From NCBI GenBank assembly GCA_965227515.1, contig CBDDFZ010000001.1, forward strand, positions 2,080,001 through 2,144,000: a DNA stretch of 64,000 nucleotides, in the 5' to 3' direction. This DNA is from Alphaproteobacteria bacterium (GTDB taxonomy: Bacteria; Pseudomonadota; Alphaproteobacteria; CALKHQ01). The translations under genes were made by a program, and so were the position numbers. The notes below the pieces were generated by a model. It saw only the letters and a list, made by a program, of their open reading frames with translations. It was not told the DNA's origin and made no database searches. Positions 52,924 to 64,000 of this stretch are shown here, piece by piece (the first letter of the stretch is position 1; each line of letters starts with the position of its first letter).

Positions 52924-54735
52924 ATGACCCACATCGACCCGATCACGCTGACCGTCATCCAGAACGGCTTGCAGCAGGTCTGCAACGAAATGGACCTGTC
53001 GTTCTCGCGCGCGGCGTTCTCGCCCGTGATCGCGGAGGCGAACGACCGGTCCGATGGCATCTACGCCGCCGACAATGGCGACCTGATCGCCCAGGGCGAC
53101 CTGGGCCTGCCGGTGTTCGTCGGCACCATGCAGGAATCCACCGCGACCCTGATCCGTTTCATCGAGGAGGAGCGCGCGGGTCCGCCGGCGCCGGGCGACA
53201 TCTACATCGTCAACGACCCCTATCTCGGCGGCACCCACCTGATGGACGTGCGGTTCGCGATGCCGTTCTACCACCGGGGCGCGGATGGGGACCGGCTGTT
53301 CTCCTGGCTCTCCAACACAGGCCACTGGCCCGATATCGGCGGTGCGGTGCCCGGCGGTTTCTCGGCCAACGCGACGGCGGTGGAGCAGGAGGGGTTGCGC
53401 CTGCCGCCGGTGAAGCTGTTCAAGCAGGGCAATTTGGACCGCGAGATCTACGCCATCATCACGTCGAACATCCGCATTGCCGACCAACGCATCGGCGACG
53501 TGCAGGCGCAGGCGGCCGCGCTCAGGGTTGGTGCCGCGCGGCTCACCGAGTTGCTCGACCGGCACGGCGCCGACACGGTGACGGCGGCCATCGCCGAATT
53601 GCGGCAGCGGGCGGCGGCGCAGATGCGCGCCCACATCGCCGCCATTCCCGACGGCGCTTACCAGAGCGTCGCCTATGTCGATTCAGACGGCGTGGTGGAC
53701 GAACCGCTGGAAATCCGCCTCAAGGTCGAGAAGCGCGACGGCGATTTGTGGTTCGACTTCGCACGCTCCAGCCCGCCCTGCGCCGGGCCGATGAACAGCG
53801 TCATCGCCACCACCCGCTCGTCGGTCTACCTGGCGATGCGCCACATCTTCCCCGACGTGCCGATGAACGCGGGCGCGTACGAGCCGCTACACATCGAAGA
53901 CCCGGTGGGCACCTTCCTCTATGCCGAGTATCCGCGCCCGGTCTCCGGCTGCGCGGCGGAGGTGTCGCAGCGCATTGCCGAGGCGGTGTTCGCCGCCCTG
54001 GTGCAGGCGCTGCCCGACAGGGTGACCGCAGCGCCCGCCGGGTCGAGCGGCAATTTCGCCCTGGGCGGCCACGACCCGGCGCGCGGGCGCGGCTATGTGA
54101 TGTACCAGATCTCCGGTGGCGGCTATGGCGGCAATGCCGACCATGACGGGCTGACCAACGGCTGCTCGACCATCGGCATCTCCAAGACCCCACCGATCGA
54201 GGTGATGGAGCAGATCTACCCGGTGCTCTACCGCCGTTATGGCCTCCGCGAGGGGTCCGGCGGTGCCGGCGCCCGGCGCGGCGGCTTCGGTGTCGACTAC
54301 GAGGTCGAACTGCGACGGGGCGAGGCGCGCGCCTCCTTCGTGATGGATCATGGCCGCTTCGGGCCGCAGGGCGCGCTCGGCGGCCGTGACGGTGCGCCGA
54401 ACAGCGTCACCGTGCACCGCGGCGGCCAGGCCTACACGCCGGCGCATCTGTCGAAGGACCAGGACATCCCGATCCAGGCCGGCGACCGGGTCGCCGTGGG
54501 CACGCCCGGCGGCGGCGGCTATGGCGACCCGCTGACCCGCGACCCTGCCCTGGTGCTGGCCGACGTCGCCGCCGGCTATTACACGGCCGCTCAGGCCCGC
54601 GAGCTGTTCGGCGTCGCGCTCACCGCCGACCTCGCCGCGGTCGATGCCACCGCCACGACGGTCCTGCGTGCGGCGGCGCAGGAGTCCATCGACAGTCTTA
54701 TTGCAAGCCCATCGCCGAGAGCAATTCGGCCGTGA
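52924..54735 (+). CDS. Hydantoinase B/oxoprolinase subunit
   Basis: AAFSPVIAE, NDPYLGGTHLMD, HWPDIGG, EGLRLPP and TPGGGGYGDP. Confidence 0.93.
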   Translation: MTHIDPITLTVIQNGLQQVCNEMDLSFSRAAFSPVIAEANDRSDGIYAADNGDLIAQGDLGLPVFVGTMQESTATLIRFIEEERAGPPAPGDIYIVNDPYLGGTHLMDVRFAMPFYHRGADGDRLFSWLSNTGHWPDIGGAVPGGFSANATAVEQEGLRLPPVKLFKQGNLDREIYAIITSNIRIADQRIGDVQAQAAALRVGAARLTELLDRHGADTVTAAIAELRQRAAAQMRAHIAAIPDGAYQSVAYVDSDGVVDEPLEIRLKVEKRDGDLWFDFARSSPPCAGPMNSVIATTRSSVYLAMRHIFPDVPMNAGAYEPLHIEDPVGTFLYAEYPRPVSGCAAEVSQRIAEAVFAALVQALPDRVTAAPAGSSGNFALGGHDPARGRGYVMYQISGGGYGGNADHDGLTNGCSTIGISKTPPIEVMEQIYPVLYRRYGLREGSGGAGARRGGFGVDYEVELRRGEARASFVMDHGRFGPQGALGGRDGAPNSVTVHRGGQAYTPAHLSKDQDIPIQAGDRVAVGTPGGGGYGDPLTRDPALVLADVAAGYYTAAQARELFGVALTADLAAVDATATTVLRAAAQESIDSLIASPSPRAIRP

Positions 54736-55837
54736 TCAGACCATCGGCCTCCAGTCCCTGGGCGTTCTGGAATGCCATGATGGCGGCGCGGGTTTCAGGG
54801 CCGGGCGTGCCCGCTGGCTGTTCGGAGAGATAGCCGGCACGAAACAAGGTCATTTGCACCACAAAAGTCCGTTGCCGGGCAGCATCGCGCAATGCGGCGG
54901 CTGAGCCATCGAGAAACGCGTCGATTGCGGCCATCACCTGTTCGGTCGCCTGACCATCCGGCGGCAACCCAGCATCAATCTGGAATTGCTGAATGGCGAT
55001 GAAAAGGTCGGCTGCGTCCGATGACGATGATGGTCCGTAGCCCAGTTCCGTCAAACCGGACCGCACACCTTCGGCGAAGGTATCATGGGCACTCACAACT
55101 GGGCCGGCGTCTATCGCAACATTCAGGTCCGCAAGGTCGTGCAATCCGGGTTGGACAGCATTGTTGAACAGTCTGAGCGCGTAAATGCAGGGATAGGGAC
55201 GGTTCGTGCGCTCAAGCCTGGACGGACGCAGGTCCTGATAGAAGACAACCCCGTCATTGCGCAGCTCAGAGATCTGATAGAGCCAGGTTTGTCGGTCAAC
55301 GGAGCGTTGGTCGTGGCAAGTGATCAAATTGCCCAGTTCCATCGGATCGGTATTGAAGTGGACGTATCCATGGTACGTGGCCGGCGACCACCACAAGTTC
55401 TGGTGCCTTATCAGGTCGCTACCGTGCAGTATGTAGATATCGAGGTCTTCAACGACCGTCATTGAGCCCCAGACGATAAAATCCCATTCCAAAACGCCAC
55501 CGAATTCCGCAGCCGACACCCCATCAAGCGACGTGCCTTCCGCCTCGTCGAGCGTCATGTATTCTTCGAGCTGTTCGAGATCGTAGTCGACAGGCGGCCA
55601 ATAACCGTCTTCCGCAATTGCCTCCACCGCAGCCCGTGCCTCTGCAGCGTGGCTGCCCTCGGGAAAGGCCTGCAAGTAGGCCTGGTGCGTACGCACCGAC
55701 GGATTGGCCGTCACCGCGCGCCAGAAGAGTTCTTCCACGTGGGCCCGCGAAGGCTCCTGAGCCGTTGCGCTACCCGTGGCGGCAATCAGCGCAATCTGAG
55801 CGACCATCGAAGACAAGATGGCTCGCAGGCTTTTCAT
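54698..55837 (-). CDS. Secreted protein with a helical YL..FP.G motif, a DLDI-type beta domain and two PG-binding domains
   Basis: Signal peptide ATA-Q; AIQQFQIDAGLPPDG and TRAAIMAFQNAQGLEADG; lower GC. Confidence 0.72.
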   Translation of the reverse strand: MKSLRAILSSMVAQIALIAATGSATAQEPSRAHVEELFWRAVTANPSVRTHQAYLQAFPEGSHAAEARAAVEAIAEDGYWPPVDYDLEQLEEYMTLDEAEGTSLDGVSAAEFGGVLEWDFIVWGSMTVVEDLDIYILHGSDLIRHQNLWWSPATYHGYVHFNTDPMELGNLITCHDQRSVDRQTWLYQISELRNDGVVFYQDLRPSRLERTNRPYPCIYALRLFNNAVQPGLHDLADLNVAIDAGPVVSAHDTFAEGVRSGLTELGYGPSSSSDAADLFIAIQQFQIDAGLPPDGQATEQVMAAIDAFLDGSAAALRDAARQRTFVVQMTLFRAGYLSEQPAGTPGPETRAAIMAFQNAQGLEADGLITAELLSAMGLQ

Positions 55838-55856
55838 TGGCAGGGTGAACCGACCA

Positions 55857-57194
55857 TCATTGATAAAATGCGGCGCAAGGGTTCGGCGCCGAGGCAGCCT
55901 CTGGGGTGCCGTAGCTTACCCGACGGTAGTAGCCGTTGGCTGGCGAGCCATCCAGGAATCGCATGTACTGCCACGGGTCCCATTCGAACTCCGAATACTC
56001 GAACATCAGCTTGCCCGTGGCCTTGTCTGAATACTCGATACAAACGGAGGTCACGGTCTGGTCCAGTGCAGCTGTCAGCTCGATATCGAGTTGGCGCCCC
56101 TCAAACTCGCCGTAGTTCAACCAGAAATCGCGGGATTGGTACCGCAGCGTGCCATTTTCGATGAGGAACAATGCTACCTCGCCAGTATCGTATAGATGTT
56201 CCGTATAGTTCAGTATTTGAATCTTGTATGTCTGGGTGGGGCCAGAGCCGGTCTTCTCACTGAGAATTGCTTCAATGAGTCTAAAATTTCTTGGGTCGCG
56301 CGGATCGGAGAAGTTGCGTTCTTCCCGGCGCTGGGACAGTCGGTCGTCGATGATGACATGCGCCAGCTGAGCAAAGAACCCATTGGGATAATAGGAGAGG
56401 TATGCCTTGGCATCGATGGTTTCGCCCGAATTGGCGAACCTCTCCCAGAGCGCCGTTTCCGCTGCGTCGGGCATGCCACCCGAGGCAGCAAGCGGCGGCA
56501 TGGGCGGCGACGCTTCCGCTAGGACCGGTGACCCGGCAGTATCCGGGACCGTTTCGTCCGCTGCCGCAATCTCCGACTCCGACGGCCCGGTTGGCGAATA
56601 ATCCGGCGTGCCGCAGCCCGGACGCATGGCTTCGATGGCCCCATAGGCTCCGGCGAGGCCAATTTCGATGGAAATGTCGCCAACCTCCAGGACGACGGAT
56701 GCGCTGGCTTTCAGGCTCACGAAGAACGCGGCCGGGTCGTCAATCTGGAACCAGGGCTGCACCCCGCCGCTCATCTCATCATATCGGAACTCCGCGGGGA
56801 ACTCGTAGTGGCTGCTCTCGAATCGCACCACGGCGGTCGCCATAGCGCCGTCCGCTTGGCTGGGATCGACCACAGACATGTGTGCGTCAATGATCGGTGA
56901 GGTGGCCAGACAGTGCAGAGCGAAAATGTACTCGCCGTCACCGCAGCCACGATAGGCCGCAGTGCCGCTGACCGTCCCGTTGCCTGACATCGCGGCTATG
57001 CCGCCCCATTGATAGCCGTAGAAGCACGGGCTTTGATATTCCGAGCGCTGGAATTCCTGTTGCGCTGTGGCGCAGGCCGACCAGGCAAGGACCGCGATAC
57101 AACTGGCGCCAATCCTGAGGCCCAACTGAACGATACTTCGGCGGTTTGGACCGGCTAATGAGAAAGGCGTACGGGCCAGATCGGTCATCATCAA
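55857..57194 (-). CDS. Secreted hypothetical multidomain protein
   Basis: Signal peptide ATA-Q; Cys-bounded beta domain, Pro/Ala linker, LW...AYLSYYPNGFFAQLA motif and a low-GC C-terminal domain. Confidence 0.7.
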   Translation of the reverse strand: MMMTDLARTPFSLAGPNRRSIVQLGLRIGASCIAVLAWSACATAQQEFQRSEYQSPCFYGYQWGGIAAMSGNGTVSGTAAYRGCGDGEYIFALHCLATSPIIDAHMSVVDPSQADGAMATAVVRFESSHYEFPAEFRYDEMSGGVQPWFQIDDPAAFFVSLKASASVVLEVGDISIEIGLAGAYGAIEAMRPGCGTPDYSPTGPSESEIAAADETVPDTAGSPVLAEASPPMPPLAASGGMPDAAETALWERFANSGETIDAKAYLSYYPNGFFAQLAHVIIDDRLSQRREERNFSDPRDPRNFRLIEAILSEKTGSGPTQTYKIQILNYTEHLYDTGEVALFLIENGTLRYQSRDFWLNYGEFEGRQLDIELTAALDQTVTSVCIEYSDKATGKLMFEYSEFEWDPWQYMRFLDGSPANGYYRRVSYGTPEAASAPNPCAAFYQ

Positions 57195-57360
57195 TTTGCT
57201 TGGTGATTACAGGCTAAGTCCTGGCACCCTAAGTCGCACCGGAAGGTCTGACAAGCCGCCCAAGTTTCCGAAGCCACACCGAAGGCAAATGCAACGGCCT
57301 GATCTGGCGGCAGGCGGCACGAAGGCGCATACTCTGAGGAAACGTGAGGGAGGGTGCGCA

Positions 57361-58290
57361 GTGAAACTCAGCCAGCAACAGGTCGAGCGGTACTTCGACG
57401 AGGGGTTCCTGGTGGTGGAGGACGTGTTCACGGACGCCGATCTCCAGCCCGTCATCGACGAGTTCGAGCAGATGGTCGACGAGTACGCGACCAGGCTGCA
57501 TGCCGCCGGCAAGATTGCCAGCACCCATGCCGACAAGGATTTCGCGCACCGGTTGGCGGCGATCGCGCAGGAATGGCCCGATGCCGGCGTGCTGATCCAC
57601 GTCAACGAGCAGGTGCGCCCGAAGCTCGCGGCGCTGTGGTCGTCGGACAATCTCTTGGACATCGTCGCGCAGTTCATCGGCCCGGATATCGACGGCCACC
57701 CGCTGTGCTGCGTGCGCTCCAAGACGCCGGAGACGCCGCGCATGACCGTGCCCTGGCACCAGGACGCGGCCTACCATCTGGGCGACGACGCCATCGGCAC
57801 CTTGCAGCCGACGGCTTGGATCCCGTTCGTCGACGTCGACCGCAGCAACGGCACGCTGGAGGTGGTGCGCGGCGGCCACAAGGTGGCGCGCATCCTGCGC
57901 CATAGGCTGGAGAAGCACGTCGGACCCGAGAACTCTTGGTACGTCTACATCGACGAGGCCGACCTGCCGCCGGGCGACCGGGTGGTGTGCGAGATGAAGA
58001 AGGGCAGTGTGCTGTTCCACAACCCGCTGATGCCCCACCGCTCGACCGAGAACCACTCGAACGGCGTGCGTTGGAGCGTCGACCTGCGCTGGCAGCGGCC
58101 GGGCGAGCCGACCGGCTATGCCGATTCCAAGATGATCCCGATGCGGCGGGCGGACGATCCCGGCTACCGGCTCGATTGGGCGGCGTGGCAGCGCCAGAGC
58201 ATGGACGACGTCGACAAGGCGCGCGGCCGCGACCGGGGCGATCCGTTCAACACCGAGGTCGATGGCGGCTGGTTGAGAAGGTGGGCGTAA
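57361..58290 (+). CDS. PhyH-family Fe(II)/2-oxoglutarate dioxygenase
   Basis: EGFLVV, PWHQD, WIPF...NGTLEVVRGGH, PHRS and RWSVDLRW; GTG start after GGAGG. Confidence 0.88.
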   Translation: MKLSQQQVERYFDEGFLVVEDVFTDADLQPVIDEFEQMVDEYATRLHAAGKIASTHADKDFAHRLAAIAQEWPDAGVLIHVNEQVRPKLAALWSSDNLLDIVAQFIGPDIDGHPLCCVRSKTPETPRMTVPWHQDAAYHLGDDAIGTLQPTAWIPFVDVDRSNGTLEVVRGGHKVARILRHRLEKHVGPENSWYVYIDEADLPPGDRVVCEMKKGSVLFHNPLMPHRSTENHSNGVRWSVDLRWQRPGEPTGYADSKMIPMRRADDPGYRLDWAAWQRQSMDDVDKARGRDRGDPFNTEVDGGWLRRWA

Positions 58291-58302
58291 GGGGCCCGTC
58301 CA

Positions 58303-58734
58303 CTACTTGCGGAAATGCTGTTCGTAGGCTTTCACCTGGTCGGTGATCTCGCCCCAGTCGCGGCGCGAGCGGGTGTAGACGTGGACGAACTGCTGGTGCT
58401 CCGGACCGATCCATGACGGGTCGTCGAAGGCGCCGGCGGGCAGGGTGCGGATGCCGGGTGCCGACTCCAGCGTGAAGCCGAGGTTGGTGCCGCACTTGTT
58501 GCAGAACGCGGCGTGGAGCCAGCGCCCGGACTCGTCGGAGACATGACGGTGTCGCGCCAGGCTGTCGCCGCTCAGCGACACCTGGCCGTCCCTGAACACA
58601 ACCTCGATGCCGAACGCGGACCCGGTGCGGCGCTGGCACCAGCGGCAGTGGCACACGGTCACCCGCAACGGCTCGCCGGTGGCGGTGAAGCGCACCCCGC
58701 CGCACATGCATCCGCCGGTGTGGGAGGTGGTCAT
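58303..58734 (-). CDS. GFA (CENP-V/Mss4-like) zinc protein
   Basis: GGCMCG, CHCRWCQRRTG and FCNKCGT. Confidence 0.92.
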   Translation of the reverse strand: MTTSHTGGCMCGGVRFTATGEPLRVTVCHCRWCQRRTGSAFGIEVVFRDGQVSLSGDSLARHRHVSDESGRWLHAAFCNKCGTNLGFTLESAPGIRTLPAGAFDDPSWIGPEHQQFVHVYTRSRRDWGEITDQVKAYEQHFRK

Positions 58735-58765
58735 GGTGAGGTCCCCTATCGCCGAATTAGGCACC

Positions 58766-58857
58766 CGTCATGCGCGGACTTGATCCGCGCATCCACGAAA
58801 ATGGCCGCATGAGCGGCCAATAAGACGTGGATGGCCGGGTCAAGCCCGGCCATGACG
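58766..58857. repeat. CGTC-tagged REP doublet, family A, copy 3
   Basis: CGTCATGCGCGGACTTGATCCGCGCATCCACG...CGTGGATGGCCGGGTCAAGCCCGGCCATGACG. Confidence 0.88.
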
Positions 58858-58911
58858 CATGGAGGAATTGGTGCCAACGTGGGTTGGGCAGGCCGCCGCG
58901 CGACCGGCCGA

Positions 58912-60984
<2,073 letters not shown>

Positions 60985-61107
60985 CGCAATATCCTATCGG
61001 TTGCCGGATCGGCCGCCCCGCGCCAGGCCGATCACATACGTGCTCGAAACCTCATGGATCGGGCCGCTTGGCCGGCGGTCCACCCCATCCTTCGCACCGG
61101 CGGTCGG

Positions 61108-62943
61108 TTACTCCGCCGGCTCGTCGACCGAGCGCGCACTCATACGCTCCTGCTCAGCTAGCCGTTCAATCAAGCCGATATCGTCTTCAGAAAAGTCATT
61201 GCCTAAAGAGTCTAACGCCTGCAACTTCGCTTTTTCGACGCTCTTAGCCTCGATGCCAGCATGCACGACAAGCCAACCCTTCCGCGCTTCCTCATCGGAC
61301 GCAGAGGGTTGTCCAAACTCAGTGACATAAACTTTGTTGCTCAATAGAGCATCGACGATTGGACCGCAGCCAACCGCACATAAGTGGTGGTGCAGGGCTT
61401 CCCTGTCAACCGTATTTGACGGGTTTATTGCGCTCGTGTCGCTTGCGCCGTCGGCGCCGGCGGCCTCTATCGCCCAGGCGACGATTTCGTCGCGCAACCG
61501 GGCCAGATCAGCGTTGGTGAAAGCCATGGCCGACAACGGCTCGAACACCGCTTCCAGTATGCCGGGGTGGTTGATGGCGGTGGCCAGCAACACTTCCTGG
61601 TCGTGATTGCGCGGCGCGCGCTTTTTGCCAAGATATACCCCGGTTTGCTTCTTCGAGCCTCCGTTACGAAGGCGCCAGGGCGAGAACGCGCGAAAGGCCC
61701 GGTCGCGCAGCATCTGGCCATAGTTGCGGCGCACGGTCTCATCGGCGATGCGCGCGGCCTGCTTGCCCAGGTCGGCCTGCAGTGCCGCACGGCGTTCCGG
61801 CGTGTCGATGGTGCGCCCGGCGACGGCGCTGGCCCAGATCACGTCGATCAGCGGCCGGCGCTCGGCCAGCACCGCCTCGAAGCCGCGACGCCCGGCCTTG
61901 CGAACCAGGCTGTCGGGGTCCTCGCCCGACGGCAGGCTGACGAACTGCAGCGACTTGCCGGGCTGGAGCAGGGGCAGGGTGCGTTCCGCCGCGCGCGCGG
62001 CGGCGCGGGTGCCGGCGGCATCGCCGTCGAAGCACAGCACCGGCTCGTCGCACATCCGCCAGGCAAGCGCCACCTGACGCTCGGTCAGTGCGGTGCCCAG
62101 GGGCGCCACCACATTGTCGAAGCCGGCGCGGCTCAGCCCGATCACGTCCATATAGCCCTCGACGACGATCACGCTGCCGGCTTCGCGCGCGGCGCGCTGG
62201 GCGTGGCCGATGTTGTAGAGCGTCTCGCCCTTGTGGAAGATGTCGGTGTCGGGGGAGTTGATGTACTTGGCCGGCGAATCGCCCATGGCGCGGCCGCCGA
62301 AGCCGATGACCTGGCCCTTGCGGTCCAGGATCGGGAACATCACCCGGTCGAAGAAATAGTCGCGCAGCGGGCCGTTCTCGTCCGCTGCCTTCATCAGGCC
62401 GGCGTCGATCAGCGGCCCGGACTCGCCATCGGGCACCACCGCCTTCAACAGCGCGCCGCGCGCATTGGGGGCATAGCCGAGCCGGAACCGCTCGATGGTG
62501 GCGGCGTCCAGGCCCCGGCCGGCCAGATAGTCCCGCGCGGCGCGGCCGGCGGGAGCGGCCAGTTGCTGCTGGAACCACGTGCACGCGGCTTCCAGCACGT
62601 CGAAGGCGGTCTGCCGCCGGGCAACGATGGCCGGATCGCGCACGGGGGCGGCCGGCAGCGCCATGTTGGCGTCCTCGGCCAGCCGCTTCACCGCATCGAC
62701 GAACTCCAGGCCGTCCATCTGCATCACCCAGTCGATGGCGTTGCCGTGGGCGCCGCAGCCGAAGCAGTGGTAGAAGCCCTTGTCGTCGTTCAGGGTGAAG
62801 GACGGCGTCTTTTCGTTGTGGAACGGGCAAAGGCCCGTGTGCTCGGCGCCGCGCTTGCGCAGTTGTACCCGGCGCCCCACCAGGTCGCTCAGGCTCGTGC
62901 GGTCGCGCAGTTCTTCCAGGAACTCGGGTCCGAAGAGCGCCAT
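61108..62943 (-). CDS. dnaG: DNA primase
   Basis: CPFHNEKTPSF, YHCFGC, GFGGR, KYINSP, VEGYMDV, CFDGD and EDPD. Confidence 0.98.
   Translation of the reverse strand: MALFGPEFLEELRDRTSLSDLVGRRVQLRKRGAEHTGLCPFHNEKTPSFTLNDDKGFYHCFGCGAHGNAIDWVMQMDGLEFVDAVKRLAEDANMALPAAPVRDPAIVARRQTAFDVLEAACTWFQQQLAAPAGRAARDYLAGRGLDAATIERFRLGYAPNARGALLKAVVPDGESGPLIDAGLMKAADENGPLRDYFFDRVMFPILDRKGQVIGFGGRAMGDSPAKYINSPDTDIFHKGETLYNIGHAQRAAREAGSVIVVEGYMDVIGLSRAGFDNVVAPLGTALTERQVALAWRMCDEPVLCFDGDAAGTRAAARAAERTLPLLQPGKSLQFVSLPSGEDPDSLVRKAGRRGFEAVLAERRPLIDVIWASAVAGRTIDTPERRAALQADLGKQAARIADETVRRNYGQMLRDRAFRAFSPWRLRNGGSKKQTGVYLGKKRAPRNHDQEVLLATAINHPGILEAVFEPLSAMAFTNADLARLRDEIVAWAIEAAGADGASDTSAINPSNTVDREALHHHLCAVGCGPIVDALLSNKVYVTEFGQPSASDEEARKGWLVVHAGIEAKSVEKAKLQALDSLGNDFSEDDIGLIERLAEQERMSARSVDEPAE
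61381..61409 (-). promoter_or_regulatory. Candidate rpoD promoter inside dnaG
   Basis: Minus strand TTGACA-N17-CACTTA within an AT-richer stretch of the dnaG 3' end. Confidence 0.5.
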
Positions 62944-63043
62944 CTATTGATTTTGGTTCCAAGTCACCATGCAGGCAAGCATCCTTGCCTCGGCGCCAAC
63001 TTGCGGTTTGGCCATTCCTGCGGGAAGCGGCCTGTGCGCGGGG

Positions 63044-63499
63044 TCAGGCCAGGTGTTCGCGCAAAATGCAGCTCGCCCGGCGCAGGTCGAGCTTGTCGCC
63101 ATACCGCTGGCGCATCACCGTCATCACGCGGCCCATGTCCTTCACGCCGCGTGCTTCCAACTCCCCGATCAGCGAGGTCACGACACCGTCGATCTCGCCT
63201 TCGTTGAGTTGTTGCGGCAACAGGCTCTTGATCACCGTCGACTCCCGACGCTCGCGCTCCGCGAGGTCGAGCTGGGCGCTACGCTCGTACATATCGATGC
63301 TGTCGCGTCGCTGCCGCACCATCGTCTGCAGCATCTCGATGATCTCGGCATCGCTCAAGCCGTCGGACCGGCCCTTCTCGCGCGCGCACAGGTCGCGGTC
63401 GTTCAGGGCCGCGATGATCAATCGGATGGTATTGGTGGCACACTCGTCATGGCTGGCCATCGCACTCTTCAGTGCGTCGTTCAGTCGCGTGCGCAACAT
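63044..63499 (-). CDS. GatB/YqeY-domain protein
   Basis: TIRLIIAA, QRRDSI, LPQQL and KDMGRVM. Confidence 0.9.
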   Translation of the reverse strand: MLRTRLNDALKSAMASHDECATNTIRLIIAALNDRDLCAREKGRSDGLSDAEIIEMLQTMVRQRRDSIDMYERSAQLDLAERERRESTVIKSLLPQQLNEGEIDGVVTSLIGELEARGVKDMGRVMTVMRQRYGDKLDLRRASCILREHLA

Positions 63500-63795
63500 G
63501 ACTTGCCGATCCCCCACGTCAAAAGGCGTGAAACGGTACACTCAAGCTCGCTACATGTCGAATCTGCAACGATTCGCTAAGCATTTGAACTGGCGATGTT
63601 TTTTGACCGACAACAAATTTTTTATGTCGGAGGACCAAGCTCGGGCCCCGCAGGGCCTCTTTGGAGGCGGGTCGCATTTTCGACAACATCGCCACAGAAG
63701 GGTGAATAATCTATTACTCGCCCCGATTGGCCGCTGTACCCCAACGCTGTGGGGTGCGATGCGTTCCCACCCGAATCGTCAGACCGGAGTTCCAG

Positions 63796-64000
63796 ATGGC
63801 GTTGCCGCAGTCCATTTCCACACCGCCCCCGCGACCAGCGGGAACCACCGGCGTGCTTGTGCTCGCCGACGGGTCGGTGGTCTGGGGGCGCGGTTTCGGT
63901 GCTGCGTCGTCGGCCGTGGGCGAGGTGTGCTTCAACACCGCCATGACCGGCTATCAGGAAATCCTGACCGACCCGAGCTATGCGGGACAGATCATCACAT
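63796..64000 (+). CDS. carA: Carbamoyl-phosphate synthase small subunit (runs off the window end)
   Basis: LVLADG...GRGFG...[26 protein letters not shown]. Confidence 0.95.
   Translation, partial: MALPQSISTPPPRPAGTTGVLVLADGSVVWGRGFGAASSAVGEVCFNTAMTGYQEILTDPSYAGQIIT

Noticed and set aside
63700-63720. TGAATAATCTATTA as an ARG box upstream of carA
   Set aside because: The second half-site is poor and there is no tandem box; it is more simply AT-rich promoter DNA.

Overview
GC-rich chromosomal window from an alphaproteobacterium, probably Rhodospirillales-like (inferred from the carA/YqeY/dnaG/rpoD, DUF2007/methyltransferase/ispB and LdtR-type gene context). It opens inside a giant type-I-secreted cadherin/LamG/RTX adhesin gene. 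That gene has about seven 600-bp repeat units that are mosaics of synonymous codon blocks, one 1-bp frameshift and an AT-rich tip domain. Next come a class III adenylate cyclase, a Cys-rich MarR regulator, a trehalose cluster (otsB ... GH15-otsA-glk) interrupted by a PhyH gene and a peptidoglycan-binding protein gene, and a run of hydrolases (S8, amidase, trypsin-like). These are followed by PCuAC, GH73, NifU-like and AKR genes, tRNA-Pro(CGG) directly followed by a urease operon, MFS, a MepA-like peptidase, a TRAP transporter, ispB, ygfZ, GT4, ldtR, korAB, hydantoinase A/B, a low-GC pair of secreted proteins sharing a helical motif, PhyH, GFA, rpoD, dnaG, YqeY and the start of carA. Six intergenic palindromic REP-like doublets from three families are present. 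No CRISPR array, integrase, transposase or prophage was seen. The best candidates for undescribed biology are the low-GC secreted pair (54.7-57.2 kb), the recombining adhesin repeat array with a swapped tip, the duplicated helical-bundle/PG-binding protein, the CxxxCxxC MarR regulator and the covarying REP cloverleafs. All product calls come from motif recognition by eye; no searches were run.
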